From IMG/VR virus record IMGVR_UViG_3300014501_001247, positions 1 through 50,413 of that record: 50,413 bases of DNA; one strand, written 5' to 3'. Numbering within the stretch: the first letter of the stretch is position 1; every line of letters starts with the position of its first letter. Shown piece after piece: positions 16,105-25,707 of this stretch. Origin of the DNA: a virus (lineage: Duplodnaviria; Caudoviricetes). The translations under genes were made by a program, and so were the position numbers. The notes under the pieces are model-generated. The model did no database searches. It was not told the origin of the DNA and saw nothing but the letters and a program-made list of their open reading frames with translations.

Positions 16105-18686
16105 GGCCCGGGAACCACGCTCGCATCGGCGGCGTTGGCGGCCGCGCGCTGGTGTCCGATCTGCGCGAGCTCGGCCCAGGTCAGCTTGAGCGGCGTGCCG
16201 TTGGCGACGCGCACCGACTTGTCGCCGTAGACGAGATTGAGCCCGTCGTTGCCGGGCGCCGTCACCCACTTGCCGTCGCGGCCGAATTTTGTGAGCGAGT
16301 CGGTGCGGTTGTTCTCGCCCAGCCCGATGTCGTCGACCGCCGGCGCCACGTTGAAGTCGCCGAGTTTTCCCCGCGCCGCCTGCGCGCCGGCCTGCACGTC
16401 ATCGGCCGACACGCCGGACGTCTTCGGGATCCGATAAGTGTCGCGGAAATCGTAGCGGTTGCCGACCAGGTCGTTGAAGGCTTTGCTCGCTGCGTCGGTC
16501 GCGCTCATGCCGTCGCGCACGTAGAGCGCGCCGAGCGTGGTGGCGAGATTGTAATAGCCGGTGAAGTCGCGATCGCGCTGGCGGCCCACCATGGTGGCCA
16601 GGAACGGCGCCATCGCGGTGTCGACCGCCTTGGTGAGATCGCCGGCCTTGGTCTCGCTCTGCTGCTTGAGCAGCTCCGCCGGCTTCTCGTCCTTGCCGAG
16701 CGAGAGAAGCCGCGTCATCGCTTGCGGATCGGCGCCGGCGGCGATCGCGCGGACGAGCGGCTGCGCGCCGGGCGCGATCTGGCGCATCACCTGCGGCCAG
16801 GCGTCGCCCCACAGCGCCGCTTCCTGCTGCACCTTGGCAATGAGCCCGACGCGGGCCTGCGGTTCCTCGGAATTTGCGGCCGTGCTGAGCTGCCCGTTGA
16901 TGCCGTCGGCGTAGGACTTCGGCACCACGCTCTGCGCCTCGGGAGAAACGCCGACGCGCTGCTGCTCCATGATGGTCTTGTTGGCGAAGTCGCGCGCCGC
17001 TGAGCGCCTGTCGTCGTCGCCGACCTGCGGATCACTAAGCGCCGCGGTGAGCTTGCCCCAGGCGTCGCGCGCCGCCGGCAGGTAGTGCACCGCGAAGGCA
17101 CCGGGATCCCGATCGCGCTCGTCGTTCGAGGCCTTGATTGCCGTTCCGAGCACCGCCTGGCGCTTGACCGCCTTGGCATAGTCTGGCGTCCCCGGCTGCG
17201 GCTCGTAGCTGCCGTAGAGCTGCTGCTGTTCCTCGGGCTTCATGTTGGCGACGCGCTGGACGTCGGCGCCGAGCTGCAGCTCGCCCTGGTAATCCTGATA
17301 GGCCCGCGCGCCGCGCTCGGCCCCATAGGTGCGGATAAAGTCCTCTTGCGCCAGCGGCGTCGTCGCGCTGCCGGTGTTACGGGCCTCCGCGATCGTGTCC
17401 TCGTAGCGCTGCTTGAAGTCGGAAAGGTCGGAGGCGACCTTCTGGTGCAGCATGCCGCCGAGCTTCGCCTCGAGCGCGGCGCGCTGCTGCGGCTGGATGT
17501 AGGAGTAGATCGAGCCGTCGCCTGGCGCGTAGCCGCCCATCTTGTCGGCCGACCATTGCGCCACCGTGCCCGCGGTCTTGCCGGCAAGGGTCAACTGGTT
17601 TGCCGCGATGACCTTGGGATCGAGCAGATCGGCGACCGGCGTGCCCGGCGGCGCCTTGAGCACCTTGGCGGCATCGCCCGGGCCGAGAAAATGCGCGAGG
17701 TAGAGGTTGCCGGCGCTGGGCGCGATGCCCTGCGCGTTGAACGAAGCGCGGTTCTGCGCGATGCCGCTGCCGATCGCCTCGCGGGTGAGCCCCGGATCGG
17801 CGCGCAGCGCCAGGATGTCGTCGTCGCTGCGCCCCTGCGCCAGCTCGGGATGCTTGTCGTGGATGAAGGAAAGCCAGGTCGCCTTGGTGTAGCCGCCGAG
17901 GCCGGCCGATGACGACGTGCTGCTCGCCGCATTCGGATCGCCGCCGGACTCGACCTGGATGTAGCGCTCGGTCAGCTCCGCGTCGGAGCCAGGCTTGGCG
18001 CGGATGTGGTTGATCGCGCCGAGCGGATCGGTCTGCGCCTGCTGGATCAGGAGCCCGCTGGCGACGTTGGCGCCGAAGGCGCGCTTCTTCGCCACCGCCT
18101 GGTCCTGGGTGATGAAACCGCGATTGGCGAGCGCGTCGACCGAGGCGCCATAGGCGTCCATGGTATCGGCGTGCACGGTCGGGTCGGCACTCGAGACCGC
18201 CTTGTTGCCGAGATCCTCGCCGAGCGTGTCGGTCGCGGCCATCTGGTGGTCGCCGTAGAGCTTGAAGGCGTGGGTGTCGGCGGCGCTCTGGCCGCGCGCG
18301 ATCGCTTCGTCGGCGCGCTGCGAGAAGATCTGCTGCATCGGCCCGGGACCGATCCGCGCTGCCCACTTGGTGCTCAGCGCCCCGGCCTGCGTCGCGTAGC
18401 GCTGCGTGAGATCCTGGCCGTTCTCGTCCCGGCCGTAGTTGAGGTCGCGCGCCGTGGTCTCGTTGAGCCCGATCAGGTCGGAGAGGAAGCCGGCATGGCC
18501 CATCGCATAGTCGTATGTCGCCTTGTGCTGGGCGATCTCGTCGAGGCCCTGCCCGGCCTGCGCGATGCCGGCGCCGAGCCGCTCCGCGCCGCGCGCGATC
18601 GGCTGCGCGTCGATCTCGCCGATCGGCCGCTCGCCGGAGCCGGGATTGACCTGGCCGAGATCCTCGGGCCCCGGAAGCTTCGACAT
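16101..18686 (-). CDS. Internal virion protein with a lytic transglycosylase/lysozyme-like domain (861 aa)
   Basis: YIQVESGGDPNA..S.SSAGLG...ATW ... NLYLAHFLG.G motifs at about 17.55-17.99 kb. Confidence 0.82.
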   Translation of the reverse strand: MSKLPGPEDLGQVNPGSGERPIGEIDAQPIARGAERLGAGIAQAGQGLDEIAQHKATYDYAMGHAGFLSDLIGLNETTARDLNYGRDENGQDLTQRYATQAGALSTKWAARIGPGPMQQIFSQRADEAIARGQSAADTHAFKLYGDHQMAATDTLGEDLGNKAVSSADPTVHADTMDAYGASVDALANRGFITQDQAVAKKRAFGANVASGLLIQQAQTDPLGAINHIRAKPGSDAELTERYIQVESGGDPNAASSTSSSAGLGGYTKATWLSFIHDKHPELAQGRSDDDILALRADPGLTREAIGSGIAQNRASFNAQGIAPSAGNLYLAHFLGPGDAAKVLKAPPGTPVADLLDPKVIAANQLTLAGKTAGTVAQWSADKMGGYAPGDGSIYSYIQPQQRAALEAKLGGMLHQKVASDLSDFKQRYEDTIAEARNTGSATTPLAQEDFIRTYGAERGARAYQDYQGELQLGADVQRVANMKPEEQQQLYGSYEPQPGTPDYAKAVKRQAVLGTAIKASNDERDRDPGAFAVHYLPAARDAWGKLTAALSDPQVGDDDRRSAARDFANKTIMEQQRVGVSPEAQSVVPKSYADGINGQLSTAANSEEPQARVGLIAKVQQEAALWGDAWPQVMRQIAPGAQPLVRAIAAGADPQAMTRLLSLGKDEKPAELLKQQSETKAGDLTKAVDTAMAPFLATMVGRQRDRDFTGYYNLATTLGALYVRDGMSATDAASKAFNDLVGNRYDFRDTYRIPKTSGVSADDVQAGAQAARGKLGDFNVAPAVDDIGLGENNRTDSLTKFGRDGKWVTAPGNDGLNLVYGDKSVRVANGTPLKLTWAELAQIGHQRAAANAADASVVPGP

Positions 18687-18689
18687 CGC

Positions 18690-19187
18690 CTAGCCGGACC
18701 TGGGCGGCTGCGGGTAGGCGTAACGGCCGTACATCTGCGCCATCGAGCCGGCGCCGCCGGCGATGGTGCCCGCGGCGGAAAGGTCGGCGCCCTCCTCGGC
18801 TGCGTTGCCGCTGTAGCGGATGCCGGCGGCCTCGTTCTCAAGCCCGGTCGCCGTATTCTCGCCGCGCCAGAGATCCGTCGCCGCGAGATAAGAACCGCGC
18901 TTGGCGATCTGACCTACGTCGGCCACCGCGCTGCCGGTGCCGGCGTTGACGCCGGAAGCACCGGCGCGCGCCGTCGCGGTCGAACCCGCCAGGCGTGCCT
19001 TCGTCTGGGTGTCGAACATGGTGCGCTGGCCCGACGCGATCGCGCCGGCGGCGTTCTGGTCGAGCTGTGCGGCCTTGAAGTTCGCGGAAGTCTGGGCCGC
19101 CTGGCCGCCCGCGATGGTGCCCGAGGCGGACATCACCGTGCCGAGCGCGGTGGCGCCCATCGCGGTCATGGTCATCAGATCAGCCAT
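18690..19187 (-). CDS. Small internal virion protein (T7 gp14-like)
   Basis: Ala/Gly-rich with hydrophobic N-terminus; ARAGASGV..GS motif; synteny. Confidence 0.75.
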   Translation of the reverse strand: MADLMTMTAMGATALGTVMSASGTIAGGQAAQTSANFKAAQLDQNAAGAIASGQRTMFDTQTKARLAGSTATARAGASGVNAGTGSAVADVGQIAKRGSYLAATDLWRGENTATGLENEAAGIRYSGNAAEEGADLSAAGTIAGGAGSMAQMYGRYAYPQPPRSG

Positions 19188-19208
19188 GCGGCGTCACCTC
19201 CAGAAAGG

Positions 19209-19577
19209 TCAGGCGCGCCAGCGAAACACGATCACGCCGGCGAAGACGCCGTGCCGCGTAAAACCGAGCCGCTCGAGGAAGCGCTCGGCGGCGGGCTCGT
19301 TGGCATCGGGACTGGCGAACACCTCGCGCAGTCCGATGCGGCGCGCGAGCCGCATGGCAGCGACCCCGGCGCGAAGGAGCGCGGCCGGGAATTTTCGCCC
19401 GGCGGGAGTAACCAGCATCGAGGCCCAGACCGTGCCGTCCGGCATGTAGAGAAAGCCGCCGAGCCCGATCACCTCGTCGCCAAGCTTCGCCGCGAGCGCG
19501 CGGGCGCGCGTCACGGGCCGTCCGCCGGTCAGCCGCTCGAAGTCAGCTGCCGTCGCCGGCTCGATCGCGACCCGCAC
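19209..19577 (-). CDS. GNAT-fold protein (T7 gp13-like virion assembly acetyltransferase)
   Basis: VIGLGG...VW...AERFLERLGF GNAT motifs; lies between tail tube B and the ejection proteins. Confidence 0.75.
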   Translation of the reverse strand: MRVAIEPATAADFERLTGGRPVTRARALAAKLGDEVIGLGGFLYMPDGTVWASMLVTPAGRKFPAALLRAGVAAMRLARRIGLREVFASPDANEPAAERFLERLGFTRHGVFAGVIVFRWRA

Positions 19578-19595
19578 TAGGTCTTTGACGAGTAA

Positions 19596-22500
19596 TCAGC
19601 GCTCGTTGGTGGCCATCGCCACCACGGCGCCGCCGATGGTGGCGGGGTTCGGCGCCTGCGCCAGGAGGCACAGCCGGGCGTCGGCGTTCCAGGTGCCGGG
19701 CAGCGGGATGAAGGGGCCGTCGTATTCCGACCACACCGTGCCGGCGGGCGTCGCCTGCTCGGCGTCGACCTGCGGCATCGAGTCGAGCAGGTCGAAGCGC
19801 TGGCCGAACTGCACCGCGGTCGAGCCGGTGTCGTAGAGGACGAGGCCGACGTGGTCGATCTTCTTCTTCTGAGCGAGCGCCGTCGCACCCTGCACCGCGT
19901 AGGCGAGCTTGGCCGACTGGAAGGTCGCGACGTAGCCGAGGCAGGCGAACGATGGTCGAGGCCACCTGGTTGTTGGGGAGAGTGACGACGCCGTTCGCCA
20001 CCACCAGCGAGCCCATGTGCTGCGGCGGCCGCCCGGTGGCCCCGATGTCGGCCCACACCTCGCAGGGAAAGCCGTTGTACTGCGTGCCGACCGTGAGCGT
20101 GCCCTGCGCCGCGGAAAAAACCTGCGCCGGCGCCACGTTGTTCGGGAGGAGAGTGTTGGTCGAGCCGACGATCACCACGCCGCCGAGCCCGGCGACCACG
20201 TTGGAATGGCTCTTGCCGTCCGGCATGGTGAAGTTGCCGGAGCCGTCGGTGGTGGTGGTGCCGATCGCGGCGCCGTCGGCCCATACCGTGATCGTGGTCA
20301 AAGGGAGCCACGACGCCTGCAGGGTCGAGACCGCGGCGCCGGAATAGACCAGCGCGCAGTCGAGCTGCTCGTTGAGCGAGCCGCCGACGCAGTTGTCGCG
20401 GACCGCGAGCTTTTCCAGGAAACGCTTAGTCACGCCGTTGATGATGCGGCGAACGACGAAGTAGACCTGGTCCTCGATGCCGGTCGCGCTCGGCAGCACG
20501 CGCACCTTCTCGATGACGCCGAGCGTCATCATGCGCCAGAAGGCGGTCACCTCCTCGTCGATCTCGCGCAGCATCACCGCGCACTGGCCGTCGGTGCGCG
20601 GCAAAAACACCTGCTTGTCGGGCTGCTGCGCGACCGCGATGTCGACGAACTGCGGCTTGCCGATGTCGATGTTGAGCTTGGTCAGGTCGTCGGTCGAATA
20701 GTCGAACTCGCGACCGTCCCAATAGAGCTCGTAGATGCGCCGCCCGGACTGCTGCACGAACACGCCGCGGCTCTTGAGCGCGACGATCGGCAGCTGGTAG
20801 GCGCCCTCGCTGTCGCGGGGGTGCACGCCGAAGTCGCTGGGCGTCAGCGGCGCGCCGAAGCTCGAGGAGCGGGCGGACGAGATCTCCATCTCGCGGCCCA
20901 TCACCAGGTTGAGGCCGGAGAACGCCCAGCTCACGAAGTCGACCGGGCCAGAGCCGAAATCTTCGAGGATGGCAGCGCTGTCGCCGAAGCTCGCGCCGGT
21001 ATTGTCCTCCTCGGCGTAGCCCGTGTAATCGTTCGACTGCGACTGCGCGATCGGGATCGGCCCGGGGCCGTACCAGCCGAGCCGCCCTTCGTGGAATTTC
21101 ACCGTGGTGGGCCAGCCGTTGACGCCGGACCAGGCCGACTCCTGCCAGATCGTGTTCGGGGTGAGCACGCTGAACGGATCGAGCACCTCGATCGAGACGA
21201 CCGTGGGCGAGGTGTAGCCGGTCACCCGGCAGGTCGCCCACTTGCCGCCAGCCGCGGCGGCGCCGCCGGTGCTTGGGCCGAATTCTTCGCCGCCGGAGCT
21301 GGCCGCGAAATGCACCGCCGCCGCACCGCTCACATAGTCGCCGGCGCTGACGAAGCCAACCCGGTACCAGGCGATGACGTTGTCGAGCGAGGAGGAGTCG
21401 TCGTTTTCGGTCGTGGTGTTGGTGGTGATGTTGGCGATCGGCGCGAAACCCTCGTTCGGACCGACCAGCGATCGCTGGAGCGTGAGCGTGCCGCTCCAGG
21501 TCCCCGAGGTGATGACGCCGAACACGCGGTCGTTGCCGACGCCGGCGATGCGCATCGGCTCGGTGAAAGCGCCGAGCGCGCCAAGGAGCGTCGAGTAGAC
21601 CTGGCCGGGCGAGAACACCCGGAACAGCGCGCCGACATGGCCGGACTGGAAGTAAGGCTGGTCCGAGGTCAGCGTGCCGTTGCCGGTATAGACCGACGGC
21701 GTGAAGTTTGCCGTGATCGCCGGGCTCTCCTGGAACGGCCCATTATCGGAGCGGTAGAGCACGAACGACCAGCCGCGCGCGCCAGGCCGCACGCCGCGAC
21801 GCTCGATCTTGCGCTGCTGCTGGCCCTGGCAGGCGACGTAGATAACGTCGCCGGATTGCTCCGGGCGCAGGTTGGGCAGGTCGCCCACCGCCCAGGTGGT
21901 CGGGATCTCGAGCACGCCGGCGCTTTCGATGGTGCAGCCGGTGAGCGTCACCGCCTGCTGGCCGACATTCGAGGCGCCGGTGCCGTTGGTCGAGGAGCCC
22001 GAGTTGGTGCAGATCTGCAGGTAGGCCGAACCCGCGGTCGGCGTGAAGGCGAGCGAATGGGTGCCGGTGTCGATGACGCTCTGCGCCAGGTAATCGGAGA
22101 GCCCGGCGGCCGAGCCGATGCGGATGGTCACCGGGCCGTTTGAGACGACGACGCGCAGGCCGTGCTCGTTGTTCTGGTCGCCGGAGGCAATGCTCAGCGT
22201 CTGCCCGATCTGTGCGACGCCGCCGACCGCCGCCGGCGTCAGCGTGGCGACGCCGCCGGTCACAGTCGCCGAGCAGCCCGCCGTGGTGCCGGTGGTCGCC
22301 CAGTGGCTGCCGGTGCCGGTGAAGGTCGGGTCGAGCACGACGGTCGCGACCGAGCCGCGCGAGATCAGCACGTCGTTGATGCGCACCCGCATGATGCCGT
22401 CGATGAGCTCGAGCTGCGCGGTGTCGAACTTCGAATAGACGAAGTTGATCAGCGTGCAGGGTGCGTCGTTGAGGATCTCGCCGACCTGGTTGAGGCCCGG

Positions 22501-22650
22501 CCGCAGCATCATCGGGCCGATCGCCCACGGCATGAAGTTGACCTGCGCCTGCGCGGCGAGGCGGAGCTTTGCCACATCGACGCGGCCGAGCGCGATCTTG
22601 GAGACCTCGCCGGCGTTGAGCGCGTAGAGCGGGAAGTTGCCGCGGGCCAT
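19596..22650 (-). CDS. Tail tubular protein B / nozzle (T7 gp12-like), apparently frameshifted near 19949
   Basis: LNAGEVS, GPMMLRPG, QSGDVIY and GWP.TV.FHEGRL motifs. The main frame degenerates after STIV; the shifted frame gives ACLGYVATFQSAKLAY...NPATIGGAVVAMATNER, a typical C-terminus. Confidence 0.85.
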
Positions 22651-22949
22651 CAGATACCCGCCGGCGCTCGCGGCCCGAAGCGGCCGGAATAGTTGTCGTC
22701 ATCGCGCCGCACGGTCTTGGCGAGATCCTGGTCCTTCAGCTCGAAGCGATAACCGTTGTGCCAGCGCTCAACCGCATCGTCATCGAAGCGGGTCTCGCGG
22801 ATCGCCTGGCGGCTTTCGGGACCGAGCTGGTCGAAGAAGCGCATCTGCTGCTCGGCGTCGGCCTTGCTGCGCACCTGGTCGGGCACGGCGGCGCGCGAGC
22901 GGGTCTCGCGCGCCTCGCGGCGGCGCTGCCAGAACGTCTTGCGGCGCAT
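22650..22949 (-). CDS. Hypothetical protein (99 aa) between tail tube A and B
   Basis: Fills the gap; TGATG coupling to tail tube B. Confidence 0.55.
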   Translation of the reverse strand: MRRKTFWQRRREARETRSRAAVPDQVRSKADAEQQMRFFDQLGPESRQAIRETRFDDDAVERWHNGYRFELKDQDLAKTVRRDDDNYSGRFGPRAPAGI

Positions 22950-22956
22950 CGGCGGA

Positions 22957-23616
22957 TCAGAAGCCGCCGGCCGGCAGCGGGCCGTCGTCGCCCGACATCG
23001 GCATCGTGGTCATGAAGCCGCGGCGCGCGCGCACCCAGCTCGACATCGGCATGAAGCCGGGCGGCAGGTTCATGGCGTCCTTGGAGCGCGCGTCAATGCG
23101 GGCGCGCTTCTCGCGCTGCACCAGGCCGTCGTCGCCCTTGAGGAGCTCGGTCGAGCCGGTGACGCGCTTGCACGCCATGCGGGCGAGCGCGATGGCGACG
23201 AACTCGGTGAACACCGCCGGCCAGGCGCCGAGGTTGAGTCCGTATTGCGGGTCGTTGGAGACGTAGGAGTGATAGAGCGGGGTGAAGTTGGCGTAGAGGT
23301 ACTGCGCCTCGCGGGTGTACTGCGTGAGCGGCGGCTCGAAGGTCGGCGAGGTCGAGACCATCACCACGCGCACGAAGTCGCCCAGCAGCGGGAAGGCGTA
23401 TTCGAAGCCGAAGGCAGGGACGACATCGAGCGAGGCGTCCTGCTGGATGGAGCGGACCATGAAGGCCCACAGCCCCTGCTCCAGGCAATATTCGACGCAA
23501 TGATTGTAATAGGCGTCGAGCGCGCGCTTGGCCTCGTTGTTCTCGGTCGCCGAGGCGAGCGGGCGCTCCTCGAGGTGGCCGAGCGCGAGGTTGTAGACGA
23601 TGAATTGGCTCGTCAT
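22957..23616 (-). CDS. Tail tubular protein A / head-tail adaptor (T7 gp11-like)
   Basis: IVYNLALGHL...W.F.......FEYAF.LP-like...WP..F...A..LA motifs; GAGG RBS. Confidence 0.85.
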   Translation of the reverse strand: MTSQFIVYNLALGHLEERPLASATENNEAKRALDAYYNHCVEYCLEQGLWAFMVRSIQQDASLDVVPAFGFEYAFPLLGDFVRVVMVSTSPTFEPPLTQYTREAQYLYANFTPLYHSYVSNDPQYGLNLGAWPAVFTEFVAIALARMACKRVTGSTELLKGDDGLVQREKRARIDARSKDAMNLPPGFMPMSSWVRARRGFMTTMPMSGDDGPLPAGGF

Positions 23617-23648
23617 CGGCTACCTCGCGGAATGTCAGGTCGGAACGA

Positions 23649-23837
23649 TCAGCCGTGCGCGATGGTGCGGCGGCTCTCGCGCTGCTTGCGGTAGGCGATG
23701 GCGGCGGCCTGGGCGACCGCCTCCTTCATCGAGCCCGGCTTGGAATTGCCGATGCGGCCGGTCTTCTTGAAGGAATGCAGCACCTCGCGGATGTTGCCCG
23801 AGCGCGTAGCGTTGCTCGTGCCTTCCGCGATCGGCAT
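23649..23837 (-). CDS. Small basic phage protein (62 aa)
   Basis: MP...G.S....S.NI.E......QA.AIAY pattern of small basic phage proteins; AGGA RBS. Confidence 0.7.
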   Translation of the reverse strand: MPIAEGTSNATRSGNIREVLHSFKKTGRIGNSKPGSMKEAVAQAAAIAYRKQRESRRTIAHG

Positions 23838-23838
23838 G

Positions 23839-24093
23839 TCAGTGTCCTGCAGCGCGCACCAGCGGCGTCACCGCCTGCTGCTCGACGCCAGAGATCTGGC
23901 GGATGAGGTGCTGCTTGAGCATGTCGAGACCGAGATTGAGAGAGGGAAGAAGCTCGGTCTCGCCGGCGAACGATACGAGCGGCTGGCCGCCCGGCGTCAC
24001 CGACACGATCGCCACGGTCTCGATGCTGCCGGCGCGCGCGTCGGCGATGACCTTCGCCAGCGCGCGGATGACGTTCTCGTTGGCGGTTTTCAC
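23839..24093 (-). CDS. Hypothetical protein (84 aa)
   Basis: GGAG RBS, GTG start; DARAGSIETVAIV motif; tight packing with neighbours. Confidence 0.65.
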   Translation of the reverse strand: MKTANENVIRALAKVIADARAGSIETVAIVSVTPGGQPLVSFAGETELLPSLNLGLDMLKQHLIRQISGVEQQAVTPLVRAAGH

Positions 24094-24095
24094 GG

Positions 24096-24692
24096 TCAGG
24101 CTCCGAGCTGGCGCTCGTAGCCGGTCAGGAAGGTCTGCGCCGCGGCCTCGCTGTCGAAGCCCGTTTTGATCACCGCGTTGTCGCTCTCGCGGATGACGCG
24201 GAACTTATCGACCGGGCCGCCCCAGCCGATGACGTGCTTCGGGCGGCTCTTGAGCGGCGGGCGCGCCTTGACCATGTCGTCGCGCGACTTGAAGTAGAAT
24301 TCGCCCATCACCGCCCAGTTGCGGCCGCAGTCGAGCACCTTGAGCACCGCGAACACGCTCTGCTCGTCGTTGGTGACGTCGACGGTCTGGCCCGGCTGCA
24401 GCTTGGCGCGCATGACGATGTTGGCCCAGAACGACGGTTCGAACACCGCCTCATAGGGCGTGCCGCGCTCGAGGCAGATCCAGTGGCCCGGATCCTTGTG
24501 CTCGAGCAGCGACCAGCGGTTTTCCGGGAGCGGCTTGGCGTTGACGCCGGGATCCATTGACGCCTTGTCCGGCCACGGCCGGCCGGCATCGGCTGCGGGC
24601 TTTGCCGGCGCCGCCGGCGCGGCGGTCTTCGGCTTCGGCGGCGTCAAGGTGCCGGCGGTGTCGGTGTCAAGCGGCTTGGCTGCTTCGGCCAT
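24096..24692 (-). CDS. Hypothetical protein of the head-tail region (198 aa)
   Basis: GGAGGA RBS; good codon bias. Confidence 0.75.
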   Translation of the reverse strand: MAEAAKPLDTDTAGTLTPPKPKTAAPAAPAKPAADAGRPWPDKASMDPGVNAKPLPENRWSLLEHKDPGHWICLERGTPYEAVFEPSFWANIVMRAKLQPGQTVDVTNDEQSVFAVLKVLDCGRNWAVMGEFYFKSRDDMVKARPPLKSRPKHVIGWGGPVDKFRVIRESDNAVIKTGFDSEAAAQTFLTGYERQLGA

Positions 24693-25707
24693 GTATATCC
24701 TCCAGAGCGTGTTTCAGTTCGGCCGCGGTGTGCGACCAGGTGAGGTTGTGAACGAGGGAAACCTTCGCCGGCTCCCAGGGCAGGCGATGCGCGAGCTCGA
24801 GCGTCTCGACGATCTCCTCGACGTCGGAGGAGCCCCAGCCGTTGGCGTCAAAGGTCTGCCGCTCGAGCATGTAGGCGCGGGTCGCCAGGTCGAGGTGCCC
24901 GGTGTTGGCCGACAGGATCGTCGGCACGCCGCAGGCGAGGCATTCCATCGCCACCAGGTTGGTGCCGCCCTCGGCGCGGTTCGGGAACAGCGCGACGTCA
25001 CACTCGCGCAACACCGGCGCCAGCAAGGCGTTCGGCACCGCGCCGACATCGATCACGCGATCAGCGAACTCGGTGAGATCGAGATCCATGCCGTCGCGCA
25101 GCGCCGGCCAGGGCGAGTGCCACGCCGTCACCAGCATGGCGTCGTCGTGGCGCGCCGCGAAGATGCGAAACGCCTTGACCACCAGGTCCTGGCCTTTGCG
25201 CGGCTCGGCCTTGCCGCCTGAGAAGATGACAAACCTGCCGGGGAAGAGGTCGCGCTTGCGCGCCGGATGAAACAGCGTCGGATCGACGCCCTGCAGGATG
25301 ACGCGGACGTTCGAGAGACCGCGATCGCGCAGCAGCCGCCCGTTCCAGGTCGAGCCGGCGATGATCAGGTCGTAGCGCTTGAGCCGCTCGATCGCGGCAT
25401 CGGACAGCGGCTGCTCGAAGAAGATCGCGGCGACGCGGGCACCGGCGATCTGCTCGGGCACGCCATCGCCGTCATTGCCGAGCGCGGCGATCGCGATGGC
25501 GTCGCGCGGCCGCGGCCCGAAGCTGCGGGTCACGAAGGGCCGCAGCGCGCGCCGGCGCAGCGGATCGACCGCGATCTGCTTGAGGTCGAGCGGCCAGGAG
25601 GTTGAGGCCTCGACCGTCGGATCGCTCGCCCACTCCAGCGCCAGGTTGAGACCGTAGACGCCCCAGCCGAAGAACGAGGAGATCTGCCAGCCGAGCGAGA
25701 CCTTCAC
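24667..25707 (-). CDS. Glycosyltransferase family 4 (GT-B)
   Basis: GTGA-coupled start; GVDPTLFHP, GKAEPRKGQD and DVALFPNRAEGGTNLVAMECLACGVPTI (EX7E-type) motifs. Confidence 0.9.
   Translation of the reverse strand: MKVSLGWQISSFFGWGVYGLNLALEWASDPTVEASTSWPLDLKQIAVDPLRRRALRPFVTRSFGPRPRDAIAIAALGNDGDGVPEQIAGARVAAIFFEQPLSDAAIERLKRYDLIIAGSTWNGRLLRDRGLSNVRVILQGVDPTLFHPARKRDLFPGRFVIFSGGKAEPRKGQDLVVKAFRIFAARHDDAMLVTAWHSPWPALRDGMDLDLTEFADRVIDVGAVPNALLAPVLRECDVALFPNRAEGGTNLVAMECLACGVPTILSANTGHLDLATRAYMLERQTFDANGWGSSDVEEIVETLELAHRLPWEPAKVSLVHNLTWSHTAAELKHALEDIHGRSSQAA

Noticed and set aside
19940-19960. Programmed frameshift in tail tube B
   Set aside because: No slippery sequence, and podovirus nozzle genes are not known recoding sites; error or mutation is more likely.
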